Of a stretch of DNA of 50,978 nt, positions 9,459-18,057 are shown piece after piece; positions within the stretch are counted from its first letter, which is position 1, and every line of letters starts with the position of its first letter. This stretch comes from an uncultured Clostridia bacterium (GTDB lineage Bacteria > Bacillota > Clostridia > Christensenellales > UBA1242). The translations under genes were made by a program, and so were the position numbers. The stretch spans positions 1-50,978 of the forward strand of contig CAMOZC010000001.1 in the NCBI GenBank assembly GCA_946630785.1, in the 5' to 3' direction. Below the pieces are notes generated by a model that made no database searches, had not been told where the DNA came from, and saw only the letters and a program-made list of their open reading frames with translations.

Positions 9459-9488
9459 TTGCGTTTTGGCTGGGGGGGGGGGTATACT
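9459..9488 (+). promoter_or_regulatory. Candidate promoter whose 18-nt spacer contains a G11 homopolymer
   Basis: TTGCGT (9459-9464), 18-nt spacer ending in G11 (9472-9482), TATACT (9483-9488). About 74 nt upstream of the lipoprotein ATG. Confidence 0.45.
9472..9482 (+). repeat. G11 homopolymeric tract
   Basis: Eleven consecutive G in an AT-rich intergenic region. Confidence 0.95.
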
Positions 9489-9561
9489 GTAAGTAGTGGT
9501 TGATAATTTTGTAAGCAGATTATGATTTGTTAGCAAATTAATAACCTTAAAAGGAAAACAA

Positions 9562-10395
9562 ATGAAAAATTTAAAATCAATTTTATGCGGTGTTTTTGTC
9601 TTTATCTTTGGAGCCATTTTATTAACCGGTTGTAGTTTTGACAATAGCGGTAATCCTAAAAAAGATAACGGAGAAAACGAAATTAATAGTCAATATGATA
9701 GTGTTGCTGTAGCAGAAGCTAAAGACGCAATTATTAATGCTTTGGTTGTTGATGATGGTGTTAGGTTTGGTTACGACAATCGTAATATGTATGAAAAATT
9801 TGGAAAATTTACTGCCAGAATTGTGTCTGGACCCATTGTATCGGAAAATATTGTAGGGGAATGTCGTGATGGTCGTTTTGTTAAAGAATTTTGGCCCGGC
9901 GATGAAAGCGAGTCTTATCTGGATGGAAATAATAACTACATTTATGATTTATCCAATCAATCGGTTAGATGTGTATCACTTGACGATCTTCCTTCTTGGT
10001 ATATATATTCACTAACTCATGGAGGTGCTCTTGATGAAACTAAACTTTTTACTGATCAAACATTTTTGAAATACAAAAGTGCAGAAAAAACTAATTTTGC
10101 TAATTATTACACGTGGACATTATCAATGTCATGTAATCAACTACTTGAACTTCAGGTAGGATTGCCTGCGGATTATATCCGTACTGTCAAAGCTGGATAT
10201 AGCAATGAATATCAATTAAAAGTCGTATTGTTGTTTAATAAGAATAATAATCAAATTGAAAAAATTAAATGTGAGTGGCCATTCCTTGATATGGAGAATG
10301 ATCAGCTTCTGTTTTGTACTCTTGAGGTAGCTAAATTCTCTGGTAAAATTACCCCCCAATGGTATACTGATTACATTGCCAGTCAAAACAACTAA
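9562..10395 (+). CDS. Putative lipoprotein, 277 aa, unknown function
   Basis: Signal peptide MKNLKSILCGVFVFIFGAILLTGC with lipobox L-T-G-C. Weak SD AAGGAAA. Confidence 0.75.
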   Translation: MKNLKSILCGVFVFIFGAILLTGCSFDNSGNPKKDNGENEINSQYDSVAVAEAKDAIINALVVDDGVRFGYDNRNMYEKFGKFTARIVSGPIVSENIVGECRDGRFVKEFWPGDESESYLDGNNNYIYDLSNQSVRCVSLDDLPSWYIYSLTHGGALDETKLFTDQTFLKYKSAEKTNFANYYTWTLSMSCNQLLELQVGLPADYIRTVKAGYSNEYQLKVVLLFNKNNNQIEKIKCEWPFLDMENDQLLFCTLEVAKFSGKITPQWYTDYIASQNN

Positions 10396-10410
10396 TTTAG
10401 ATTTTAAATT

Positions 10411-10438
10411 AAAAAGCCCGACGTGCGCGGGCTTTTTT
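10411..10438. terminator. Bidirectional rho-independent terminator
   Basis: aaaaagcccg..cgggcttttt hairpin between convergent genes. Confidence 0.8.
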
Positions 10439-10448
10439 GATGGTGAAG

Positions 10449-11726
10449 TTATTCATTGTCGGGGGTGTCGGTGATGTCTTCGGAAATGTCGGCGAATTCG
10501 TCTTTGTCCGGAGTATCACTGACGATGGGTTCGGTGGGTTGGTTTTCTAAAATCACATATAATGGTTTGTGCGAAAATTTTTGTTTACAAGCGATTTCGT
10601 AAAGGCTGTTGGCGCGGAAATCAATTTGGCGCATACGCGTATAATATTTATCCATAGTAGGACGGTTTTGGTTGCCGTGTAAAATAATTGGGGTTAGACG
10701 GATGGAACTGAGTTCGTTAAATAAATCGTGGGCATCACTGCGGATTGCCAAAAGGTTGGCATAGGGTAAATGATTGCGTTGATAGATAAATTGAATGTCT
10801 TTTTTACTGATGCCCAAGGCGGCGTGCAAGGCTACGCGTTTTAGGTGTCTAGCCGTATATTGGCGATTGGGCATAGTTGAAACCATTTGGTCGTAAGTAA
10901 CTGGACGATGTCCGCGGAACATGCGCGCAATTTCCGGAGTGGCATTATAAGTTTGTTTGACGTCAAGGTCGGTTAAGGCGCTGAACAAAATGGTTGATTC
11001 AAACATTTCTTTGACTGGGTGTTTTTCAATGGCTTCCATGGTAAATGGTAAAACCTGTGCGGGAATGTAATGTTCAATTGGTAAACTATTTTGATAGGCG
11101 TCGCGAATTGCCAGTGCAGTGGTATTGGTTTGCTTGTTTTCATCTTTCATGCGTTCAACAGAAACCGGTTGAATGGAACTGTGTAAACGATAAAGTTCGC
11201 GTAAATATTCAATTGCTAGAACGTTATTGCTACCGCTTAAAATTTGGGTGATAACGGCTGGCTGAATTTCGGGTAGTAGTTTTTTGATGACTTCGGTTTG
11301 TGCCGCACTGTATGACAAACCAGCTTTTAAGTGAATTTTAATGTATTTATCGAATTCACGATTCTTGATTAGTTTCACATAAGCGATTTGTTTTAAAATT
11401 TGTAAATTGTTGTTTTCAACACCAAAAACCAAGTAACTGGCATGGGGAATTACGTTAGCCAGTTGGACACCCGCTTTGGCAAAGACTTCCGCGTTATTGG
11501 TGGCGTAAGCGGTTGGCATTTCAATGACAGCATCAACTCCGCACATAATCGCGGTTTGTGCACGAGCGTGTTTTTCAATAATTGCTGGTTCAGCGCGCTG
11601 TGTAAAGTTACCGGTTTGAATCACAACGATGTGAGTGCAGTCGGTAATTTTGCGTGTTTGCTCAATTAAATACTGATGTCCCTTGTGTAAGGGATTGAAC
11701 TCGGCAATAATCACAGCAATCTTCAT
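10449..11726 (-). CDS. tmcAL: tRNA(Met) cytidine acetate ligase (UPF0348-family nucleotidyltransferase)
   Basis: MKIAVIIAEFNPLHKGHQYLI (HxGH-type motif) and the length fit TmcAL. The start is set at the ATG at 11726 because the TTG start at 11744 in the ORF track lies upstream of the predicted -10 (TGgTATAAT, 11741-11733). Confidence 0.8.
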   Translation of the reverse strand: MKIAVIIAEFNPLHKGHQYLIEQTRKITDCTHIVVIQTGNFTQRAEPAIIEKHARAQTAIMCGVDAVIEMPTAYATNNAEVFAKAGVQLANVIPHASYLVFGVENNNLQILKQIAYVKLIKNREFDKYIKIHLKAGLSYSAAQTEVIKKLLPEIQPAVITQILSGSNNVLAIEYLRELYRLHSSIQPVSVERMKDENKQTNTTALAIRDAYQNSLPIEHYIPAQVLPFTMEAIEKHPVKEMFESTILFSALTDLDVKQTYNATPEIARMFRGHRPVTYDQMVSTMPNRQYTARHLKRVALHAALGISKKDIQFIYQRNHLPYANLLAIRSDAHDLFNELSSIRLTPIILHGNQNRPTMDKYYTRMRQIDFRANSLYEIACKQKFSHKPLYVILENQPTEPIVSDTPDKDEFADISEDITDTPDNE

Positions 11727-11732
11727 TATTTT

Positions 11733-11763
11733 ATTATACCACAAAAAAAATTTATGCTACAAT
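11733..11763. promoter_or_regulatory. Two divergent extended -10 promoters in a 43-bp intergenic gap, both genes leaderless
   Basis: Minus strand: TGgTATAAT (11741-11733), 6 nt, ATG (11726). Plus strand: TGcTACAAT (11755-11763), 6 nt, ATG (11770). Confidence 0.7.
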
Positions 11764-11769
11764 CATTAT

Positions 11770-12807
11770 ATGAAGATTTTAGTGTTAAATTGTGGCAGTA
11801 GTTCGGTTAAATATCAGGTGGTTGAAACTACGACCAAAGAAAAAATTGTGGATGCGGATATTCAACGTGTTACCGACCATGCGGCAGCAATTCAGGAAAT
11901 TTTAAACAAGGTCGACCTTGCGGAAATTAAAGCTATTGGACATCGTATCGTGCATGGTGGTGAAAATTTTAAACACAGTGTGTTTGTTGATGATAAGGTT
12001 TTAGCGGAAATGGACCGTATTGAATTCTTGGCGCCTTTACATAATCCAGCCGCGATGGCGGGCGTTCGGGCTTGTATGGCACAAATGCCAGATTTACCAA
12101 ATGTTTTGGTCTTTGATACGGCCTTTCATAGTACGATGGAACCCGGGGCTTATTTATATGGTCTTCCGATGGAAGATTATGAACAATATGGTATTCGTAA
12201 ATATGGTTTTCATGGTACCAGCCATCAATATGTTGCAGAACAAGCGGCAAAAGAATTGGGTCGTCCTTTAAAGGATTTGAAGTTAATTACTTGTCATATT
12301 GGTAATGGTGCTAGTATCTGCGCTGTTGACCACGGTAAATGTATTGATACCAGTATGGGCATGACGCCTTTGGCTGGTTTGGTGATGGGTACCCGTTCGG
12401 GTGATATTGACCCAGCAGCATTGAGTATCTTGTGTGAGAAGCATCATTTTACCATTGATGAAGCAATTACTTATTTAAACAAAGCTTGTGGCTTGAAAGG
12501 TTTGACAGGTATCTCTTCGGATATGCGTGATTTGGAACCGATTATGGAAACGAATCCACGCGTGAAAACCGCGATTGATGTTTTCATTCATCGTTTAGTG
12601 CAGTATGTTGGCGGCTATGTTGCTGAAATGAAGGGTTGTGATGCGATTGTTTGGACAGGTGGTATCGGTGTGTACCGTAAGTTTGTTTCTGAACGTGTGA
12701 TGGCGCATTTTGAATTTTTACCAAACTGTCAAAAATTAATCATCAAAACCAATGAAGAATTGATGATTGCTTTAGAATGTGAAAAACTATTAAGCGCGAA
12801 AAAATAA
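11770..12807 (+). CDS. ackA: Acetate kinase, about 345 aa (short form)
   Basis: MKILVLNCGSSSVKYQ, GHRIVHGG, FDTAFH, YGFHGTSH, TCHIGNGAS. The ORF-track N-terminal extension was rejected (see promoter feature). Confidence 0.92.
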   Translation: MKILVLNCGSSSVKYQVVETTTKEKIVDADIQRVTDHAAAIQEILNKVDLAEIKAIGHRIVHGGENFKHSVFVDDKVLAEMDRIEFLAPLHNPAAMAGVRACMAQMPDLPNVLVFDTAFHSTMEPGAYLYGLPMEDYEQYGIRKYGFHGTSHQYVAEQAAKELGRPLKDLKLITCHIGNGASICAVDHGKCIDTSMGMTPLAGLVMGTRSGDIDPAALSILCEKHHFTIDEAITYLNKACGLKGLTGISSDMRDLEPIMETNPRVKTAIDVFIHRLVQYVGGYVAEMKGCDAIVWTGGIGVYRKFVSERVMAHFEFLPNCQKLIIKTNEELMIALECEKLLSAKK

Positions 12808-12813
12808 TCTCAA

Positions 12814-13755
12814 TTAAATTGAACGTTCATAGCCGCGGATACGAACACGTTGTGTTGGTATTTGACTGAGTTTTTTACTAATCTTGGTGCATTGGCGCAT
12901 AGCGGTTGGACAACCATGATTTGGTTCTTCATATACTTTTGCTGATGCCTTGACCCATGCTCCGTGTGAACCAGCCGGGCTGATTTCGTGTTTGTTGCAA
13001 ATTCCTTGTTGGTAAGTAACAAAATAAAAATGATTACAAATCTCTTGGCAACCGTTGGCTTCAAAATCATTGACAACTTCGTCAACAATTAAACGTAGTT
13101 CAGGAAGAACGGGGTGATTCGATTTGAAACCTATGAATTGATTTTTCGCGGTTAGAATATCGCGTAATGTTCCCTTGAATAGTGGTGATGCGTAACGATT
13201 TAAGGCGGCGTGTAAAACTTCAATGTTATCCAGCAAATCGACACCTGCTTCGCCATAAAGCAAGCGTGCTAAATCGTCACGGTCTTGTTCTGTAAAAATT
13301 GAATGGTGAGTCTCTCTTGGAAAGATATTTACAAAATTATCATAATTAATTGGGGCTGGTCGATTGGGGACGGTGACCTCAACTTGCGGGGTTAGATGCC
13401 AGTTAGCAAGTTGCTGCATGGCTAAATTTTGATTATCCATGGTGCGTGGTTCGGCTACTTGTAGACTAAGACCTAATCCCAACAACATGGCAGCATAACG
13501 GCGCAATTGTGGTTGGTAGGCTTTTTTGATGGCAGTTTGAAATTTAGCCTTGAAGTCGTTGGCAACGTGAGTTAATTTAACTTGAGTTGTTTTTATGCCA
13601 GCCGTAACGTGTTTGACGGCTGCTTCTATTTTAGCTTTGCGTTTTTCTGCGGCGGCAGCTAAAGCCATTTGTTCTTCTGCCATTTTGCGTTCGGCGGCAA
13701 TACGTTGTTCTGCTTCCCATTGAAGATAGGCTTCGGCCTTTGCTAATAATCCCAT
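12814..13755 (-). CDS. Membrane-anchored SleB/CwlJ-type cell-wall hydrolase domain protein
   Basis: N-terminal charged coiled-coil (AEQRIAAERKMAEEQMALAAAAEKRKAK), one TM helix (YAAMLLGLGLSL), then a Hydrolase_2-like core (LARLLYGEAG...HAALNRY...NQF) and a Cys-rich C-terminus. Confidence 0.65.
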   Translation of the reverse strand: MGLLAKAEAYLQWEAEQRIAAERKMAEEQMALAAAAEKRKAKIEAAVKHVTAGIKTTQVKLTHVANDFKAKFQTAIKKAYQPQLRRYAAMLLGLGLSLQVAEPRTMDNQNLAMQQLANWHLTPQVEVTVPNRPAPINYDNFVNIFPRETHHSIFTEQDRDDLARLLYGEAGVDLLDNIEVLHAALNRYASPLFKGTLRDILTAKNQFIGFKSNHPVLPELRLIVDEVVNDFEANGCQEICNHFYFVTYQQGICNKHEISPAGSHGAWVKASAKVYEEPNHGCPTAMRQCTKISKKLSQIPTQRVRIRGYERSI

Positions 13756-13761
13756 TTGATT

Positions 13762-13807
13762 AATATATATGAAAGTTCTTTACAAATCAAGAGCGATTTG
13801 CTATAAT
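13762..13807. promoter_or_regulatory. Back-to-back divergent promoters (hydrolase gene and rpmF)
   Basis: Minus strand: TTGATT (13790-13785), 17 nt, TATATT (13767-13762), 6 nt, ATG (13755). Plus strand: TTTACA (13779-13784), 17 nt, TGcTATAAT (13799-13807), 8 nt, ATG (13816). Confidence 0.7.
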
Positions 13808-13815
13808 CATCCATT

Positions 13816-14046
13816 ATGGCAGTACCAAAACATAAAGTATCAAAGGCTCGTCGCAATACCCGTAATTCTAACAATAGTAAATTAACGGCTCCGACGTTGA
13901 CCGAATGCAAGCAATGCAAAGCAAAAATCCGTCCACACGTAGTTTGCCCAGAATGTGGCTACTATGATGGTGTTAAACGCATCGAAACAAAAAACGATGT
14001 AAAGGCTAAGAAAGCCAAGGCGGCGGCTGAACGCAATGCACAATAA
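13816..14046 (+). CDS. rpmF: 50S ribosomal protein L32 (zinc-ribbon form) with a Lys/Ala-rich tail
   Basis: MAVPKHKVSKARRNTR and CKQC...CPECG. Confidence 0.93.
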   Translation: MAVPKHKVSKARRNTRNSNNSKLTAPTLTECKQCKAKIRPHVVCPECGYYDGVKRIETKNDVKAKKAKAAAERNAQ

Positions 14047-15088
14047 TCTGGTTTTACCAGACCAAGCGATTTTGGTTGGCGTTGGCGTCAACCAAATTTT
14101 TTCTGTTGAGGATTTGGATGAATTGGCGTTACTGTGTCAAACATGTAATATTGAAACAGTTGGTCGTGTCATCCAAAATCGTAAAGATATTGATGTAACT
14201 TACTACATTGGTAAGGGTAAGGTTGAAGAAATCAAAACTTTGATTGAAGAAACTAAAGCCAATGTAGTTGTTTTTGATGTTGAATTGTCAGGTAGTAAAG
14301 TTCGTAATTTGGAACGTGAGTTAAATGTTCCGGTTTTGGACCGCAGTAAAGTTATTTTGGATATTTTTGCCGCGCGTGCGCAAAGTGCGGCGGGAAAGTT
14401 GCAAGTTGAATTGGCGCAGTTGCGTTATAACTTACCACGCTTGATTGGTAGTGGTGGTTTGATGAGTAAAATGCGTAATGGTGTTGGTATGCGTGGTCCT
14501 GGCGAAAAGAAATTGGAATTAGACAAACGCTTGATTCATGATGAAATTACGGCACTGGAACGCAAGTTGGCTGATGTAAAAAAAGCGCGCAACGTAGCGG
14601 GACAGGGGCGCCGCGATAAATGTCGTGTTTGTTTAGTGGGTTATACTAACAGTGGTAAATCAACTCTGTTTAATTTATTAACCAAAGCGGGAGTTTATGC
14701 TAAGGACGAATTGTTCGCAACTTTGGATACGACCACACGTTCGGTTTATTTGAATGGTAAAAATTTTGTTTTGACGGATACTGTTGGATTCATTAATCAT
14801 TTGCCACATGAGTTTATTCGTGCCTTTGAAGCTACTTTGGATGAAACTCGTGAAGCAAGTTTGTTGATTCATGTGATTGATTGTTCAAACCCAGCCCATG
14901 AAGAACAAATTGCTGTTGTTAATCAAGTCTTGCAAAACATCGGTGCTGGCAAGATTCCACAATTAATTGTTTATAATAAAATTGATAAAAATCCAGGTTT
15001 TGTGGCTCCCGACGGGGCGGTGGTGATTTCGGCTGTTAAGAAAACCGGGATTGAAGAATTAAAGAATGCAATTTATCAATTGATTTAA
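14036..15088 (+). CDS. hflX: GTPase HflX, 350 aa (no C-terminal domain)
   Basis: HflX N-domain (AQSAAGKLQVELAQLRY), G1 GYTNSGKSTLFN, DTVGF, NKID. Overlaps rpmF by 11 nt. Confidence 0.88.
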   Translation: MHNNLVLPDQAILVGVGVNQIFSVEDLDELALLCQTCNIETVGRVIQNRKDIDVTYYIGKGKVEEIKTLIEETKANVVVFDVELSGSKVRNLERELNVPVLDRSKVILDIFAARAQSAAGKLQVELAQLRYNLPRLIGSGGLMSKMRNGVGMRGPGEKKLELDKRLIHDEITALERKLADVKKARNVAGQGRRDKCRVCLVGYTNSGKSTLFNLLTKAGVYAKDELFATLDTTTRSVYLNGKNFVLTDTVGFINHLPHEFIRAFEATLDETREASLLIHVIDCSNPAHEEQIAVVNQVLQNIGAGKIPQLIVYNKIDKNPGFVAPDGAVVISAVKKTGIEELKNAIYQLI

Positions 15089-15119
15089 TTTCACTGGGTA
15101 GTGCATTGAAGATTTGGAA

Positions 15120-15148
15120 TAGACAAATGTTTAAAATCAACATATAAT
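15120..15148 (+). promoter_or_regulatory. glnS promoter, leaderless configuration
   Basis: TAGACA (15120-15125), 17 nt, TATAAT (15143-15148), 6 nt, ATG (15155). Confidence 0.7.
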
Positions 15149-15154
15149 TTGTAC

Positions 15155-16717
15155 ATGAATTTTATTGAAGAAGGTTTAGTACAAGCTCAAGCACGCGGAC
15201 AAGATATTATTTTACGTTATCCGCCAGAACCAAATGGCTACCTACATATTGGTCACGCCAAGGCTTTTAGTATCTCTTATAGTATGCGTTGTAAATACAA
15301 TGGCAAAGCTAATTTACGTTTTGATGATACTAACCCAGCCAAAGAAAGTATGGAATATGTTGAAAGTCAAAAACGTGATTTGGATTGGCTGGGAATTAAA
15401 TATGACCAAATCGTTTTTGCCAGTGACTATTATGAGAAATTATATCAATGTGCTGTGCATTTGATTAAGCGCGGTTTGGCTTATGTTGATGATAGTTCTA
15501 TGGAGGAAGTCAAGGCGATGCGTGGTGAATTAGGAGTACCTGGTAAAGAAAGCCCATATCGTAATCGCACCGTAGAAGAAAATCTGGATTTATTTGCGCG
15601 TATGCGTGCAGGTGAATTCCCAGACGGCAGTCGTGTTTTGCGTGCCAAAATTGATATGGCTTCACCAAATATGAATATGCGTGACCCAGTTTTGTATCGT
15701 ATTACACGTCAAACACATTATCGTACTGGTAATCAATGGGTCATTTATCCGATGTATGATTTTGCGCACAGTTTGAGTGACTATATTGAACATATTAGTA
15801 ACAGTTTGTGTAGTTTGGAATACGAAGACCATCGTCCGTTGTATCATTGGTGTATTGATCAGTGCCGTGATGCGTTGCCAAACTTACCTAAGATTCCACC
15901 AGAACAATATGAGTTTTCACGTTTAAATATTGAACGTTTTGTCATGAGTAAACGTTGGTTAAAGCGTTTCGTGGATGAAGGAATTGTTAGTGGTTGGGAT
16001 GATCCGCGTATGCCAACAATTTCGGGTATGCGCCGTCGTGGATATCCAGCGAAAGCAATTTTGGATTTTGTTGAATCCACTGGTGTGACGAAAAACGTGA
16101 TGACGGTTCCGTTGTCGGCTTTGGAATATTACATTCGTACCGAGTTAGACCAACAAGCCGTGCGTGTGGCTGTAGTTGAAAATCCAATTAAAGTTAAAAT
16201 TGTTAATTATGACAAAGTGGAAACTTTTGCCGTAACCAATAATCCACACGATGAAACCGCTGGTACACATCCAATTAGTTTCTCTAATGAAATTTGGATT
16301 GATGGCGATGATTACAGCGATAATCCTCCGGCTAAATACAAACGTTTGGTAATTGGTGGAGTAGTACAGTTGCGCGGTGCTTATAGAATTAAATGTTTAC
16401 GCAAGGTTGGTGATGTTTTAGAGTGTGAAATTACTGATGAAAAAGCCAAAGGTGTGATTCAATATGTTGATGCTCGTGAGGCGGTTCCGGTAACAATTCG
16501 CACTTTTGAACCATTATTGAAAGTTGGTACTGATTTAAATGATGAAAACATTAACCGTGATTCAATTCATGAAAGTCATGGTTTTGCGGAAAAATGGTTA
16601 ACTGACCGTAACGACGTGTCAACAAAATACCAATTTGTGCGTAAAGGTTATTATGTACTGGATCACAAAGATGGTTTAGTCTTTAATAAAACAATTGGTC
16701 TTAAGGAGGGATTCTAA
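15155..16717 (+). CDS. glnS: Glutaminyl-tRNA synthetase
   Basis: Class I HIGH motif (YLHIGHAKA) and a KMSKS-like VMSKR. Colinear with GlnRS. The TTG at 15149 was rejected because it directly abuts the -10 box. Confidence 0.9.
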   Translation: MNFIEEGLVQAQARGQDIILRYPPEPNGYLHIGHAKAFSISYSMRCKYNGKANLRFDDTNPAKESMEYVESQKRDLDWLGIKYDQIVFASDYYEKLYQCAVHLIKRGLAYVDDSSMEEVKAMRGELGVPGKESPYRNRTVEENLDLFARMRAGEFPDGSRVLRAKIDMASPNMNMRDPVLYRITRQTHYRTGNQWVIYPMYDFAHSLSDYIEHISNSLCSLEYEDHRPLYHWCIDQCRDALPNLPKIPPEQYEFSRLNIERFVMSKRWLKRFVDEGIVSGWDDPRMPTISGMRRRGYPAKAILDFVESTGVTKNVMTVPLSALEYYIRTELDQQAVRVAVVENPIKVKIVNYDKVETFAVTNNPHDETAGTHPISFSNEIWIDGDDYSDNPPAKYKRLVIGGVVQLRGAYRIKCLRKVGDVLECEITDEKAKGVIQYVDAREAVPVTIRTFEPLLKVGTDLNDENINRDSIHESHGFAEKWLTDRNDVSTKYQFVRKGYYVLDHKDGLVFNKTIGLKEGF

Positions 16718-17287
16718 ATGAAAATTACAGTTTATGGTGGAACTAACAATAAACACTATAGTGAAAAAGAGATTCAGGCTTGCGCTGATTTGGGTAAATT
16801 TTTGGCGGAAAATGGTTTTGAAATTTTAACAGGCGCCTGCATGGGTTATCCTTATTATGTTGGTCGTGGTGCGGTGCAAGCGGGAGGTAAGGTAATTGGC
16901 TATACCCCGGCAGCGGATTTGAAAGAACATTTGGAACGTTATAAATTTGTCACTGATGGTGTTAGTGATTTGGTTTTTAACGAAAATCTTTTGCCAACCA
17001 ACAGCGAAAACTTTTTAAAGCGTAGTATGGATATGACCCCATATAGTGATTTAGTAATTGCTTTGGGTGGTAGTTGGGGTACCTTTAGTGAACTTTTGTT
17101 TTCATTTTTTGCAAAGAAGAAAATTGTGATTGTGGATGAATTCAAAGGTGCTGGTGAAATTTTTGATACCGTGGATGCTTTCTTCCGTAGTCGTGATAAC
17201 AATCCTGATGTGGTTAATGGTGCTGAAATTATTCACGTGAAAGATTTGGCTGCTTTGAAAAAAATGTTGTTACAAATGGTAAAATAA
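16718..17287 (+). CDS. LOG / TIGR00725-family Rossmann-fold protein
   Basis: GGxxGTxxE-type motif (LGGSWGTFSEL), N-terminal ITVYGG, SD AAGGAGG. Confidence 0.65.
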   Translation: MKITVYGGTNNKHYSEKEIQACADLGKFLAENGFEILTGACMGYPYYVGRGAVQAGGKVIGYTPAADLKEHLERYKFVTDGVSDLVFNENLLPTNSENFLKRSMDMTPYSDLVIALGGSWGTFSELLFSFFAKKKIVIVDEFKGAGEIFDTVDAFFRSRDNNPDVVNGAEIIHVKDLAALKKMLLQMVK

Positions 17288-17304
17288 GCCATAATAATAA
17301 GATT

Positions 17305-18042
17305 ATGTCTTGGGAACTTGTTTATTGGATTTCTGGTATCGCGTTTTTGCCAATCTTAATTTTTGCGGTAATCGCTTCAATCAGAGTTACTACTGTAATT
17401 GAACATTATCATCATGTTAGGGGAAGTGGAAATTTAACTGCCCGTGAATTGGTACAGAAAATTGCCGGAGAAAAACAATTGAACATCGGTTTAGAAATGG
17501 CGTCGGAACAGGCTGGCGACCATTACGATCCACACGATAAAACGGTACGCTTAACAGCAAAGGTAATGAATAGCAGTTCAATTTCTGCGTTGGCGATTGC
17601 GGCTCATGAATGTGGACATGCTTTGCAGGATGCAGAAAATTATGCGCCCTTAAGAATGCGTAATTTAGTAATCCGTGTAAGTAATTTTTCTAGTCGCTTA
17701 TTAACACCATTAATTATTATTAGTTTGGTCGCATCATTGTTTACCTTTGGTATGGCAGCCGAAATATATTTTAAATGGATGTTATTGGGTTTCTGTGTGA
17801 TTTATGGATTAAGTGCGGTAGCGAGTTTCGCAACCTTGCCAACAGAATTCGATGCTTCGCGTCGTGGTAAGGCAATGCTGGAACAGATGCAGATAATTGA
17901 AAACCACGAAGATCAAGTAGCGGTTAATCAAGTTTTACGCGCGGCGGCGAATACTTATGTTGTTGCATTTGCTTTGTCGGTGGTATACTTTTTACGTTAT
18001 TTATCATATTTTATGATTTTATTTGGTCGCGGAAGAGATTAA
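17305..18042 (+). CDS. YugP-like membrane zinc metallopeptidase (Zn_peptidase_2)
   Basis: HExxH motif (AAHECGHALQ), N-terminal TM helix and C-terminal TM helices. Confidence 0.75.
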   Translation: MSWELVYWISGIAFLPILIFAVIASIRVTTVIEHYHHVRGSGNLTARELVQKIAGEKQLNIGLEMASEQAGDHYDPHDKTVRLTAKVMNSSSISALAIAAHECGHALQDAENYAPLRMRNLVIRVSNFSSRLLTPLIIISLVASLFTFGMAAEIYFKWMLLGFCVIYGLSAVASFATLPTEFDASRRGKAMLEQMQIIENHEDQVAVNQVLRAAANTYVVAFALSVVYFLRYLSYFMILFGRGRD

Positions 18043-18057
18043 CAAAGGAGAAAAGTT

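Noticed and set aside
9439-9492. A 17-codon mini-ORF (MGKLESSCVLAGGGGIL) containing the G11 tract, as a possible frameshift-controlled peptide.
   Set aside because: It has no SD or promoter fit. Both the +1 and -1 tract-length changes reach stop codons within a few codons and never fuse to the lipoprotein ORF. The promoter-spacer interpretation explains the position of the tract better.
8975-9561. Possible tRNA or small-RNA genes in the larger intergenic regions (3156-3303, 8975-9095, 9351-9561, 27726-27850).
   Set aside because: No cloverleaf-compatible sequence, GTTCGAATC-type T-loop or other recognisable RNA motif is present. The regions are accounted for by terminators, promoters and 5' UTRs.
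11683-11769. Upstream TTG or alternative starts in the ORF track for ackA (11683), tmcAL (11744), glnS (15149), SurE-like 1 (39558), the Asp23-like gene (41788) and nusB (42062).
   Set aside because: The extensions run through or upstream of the predicted -10 boxes or the neighbouring gene. The conserved protein N-termini (MKILVLNCGSSS, MKIAVIIAEFNPLH and others) begin at the downstream ATGs.
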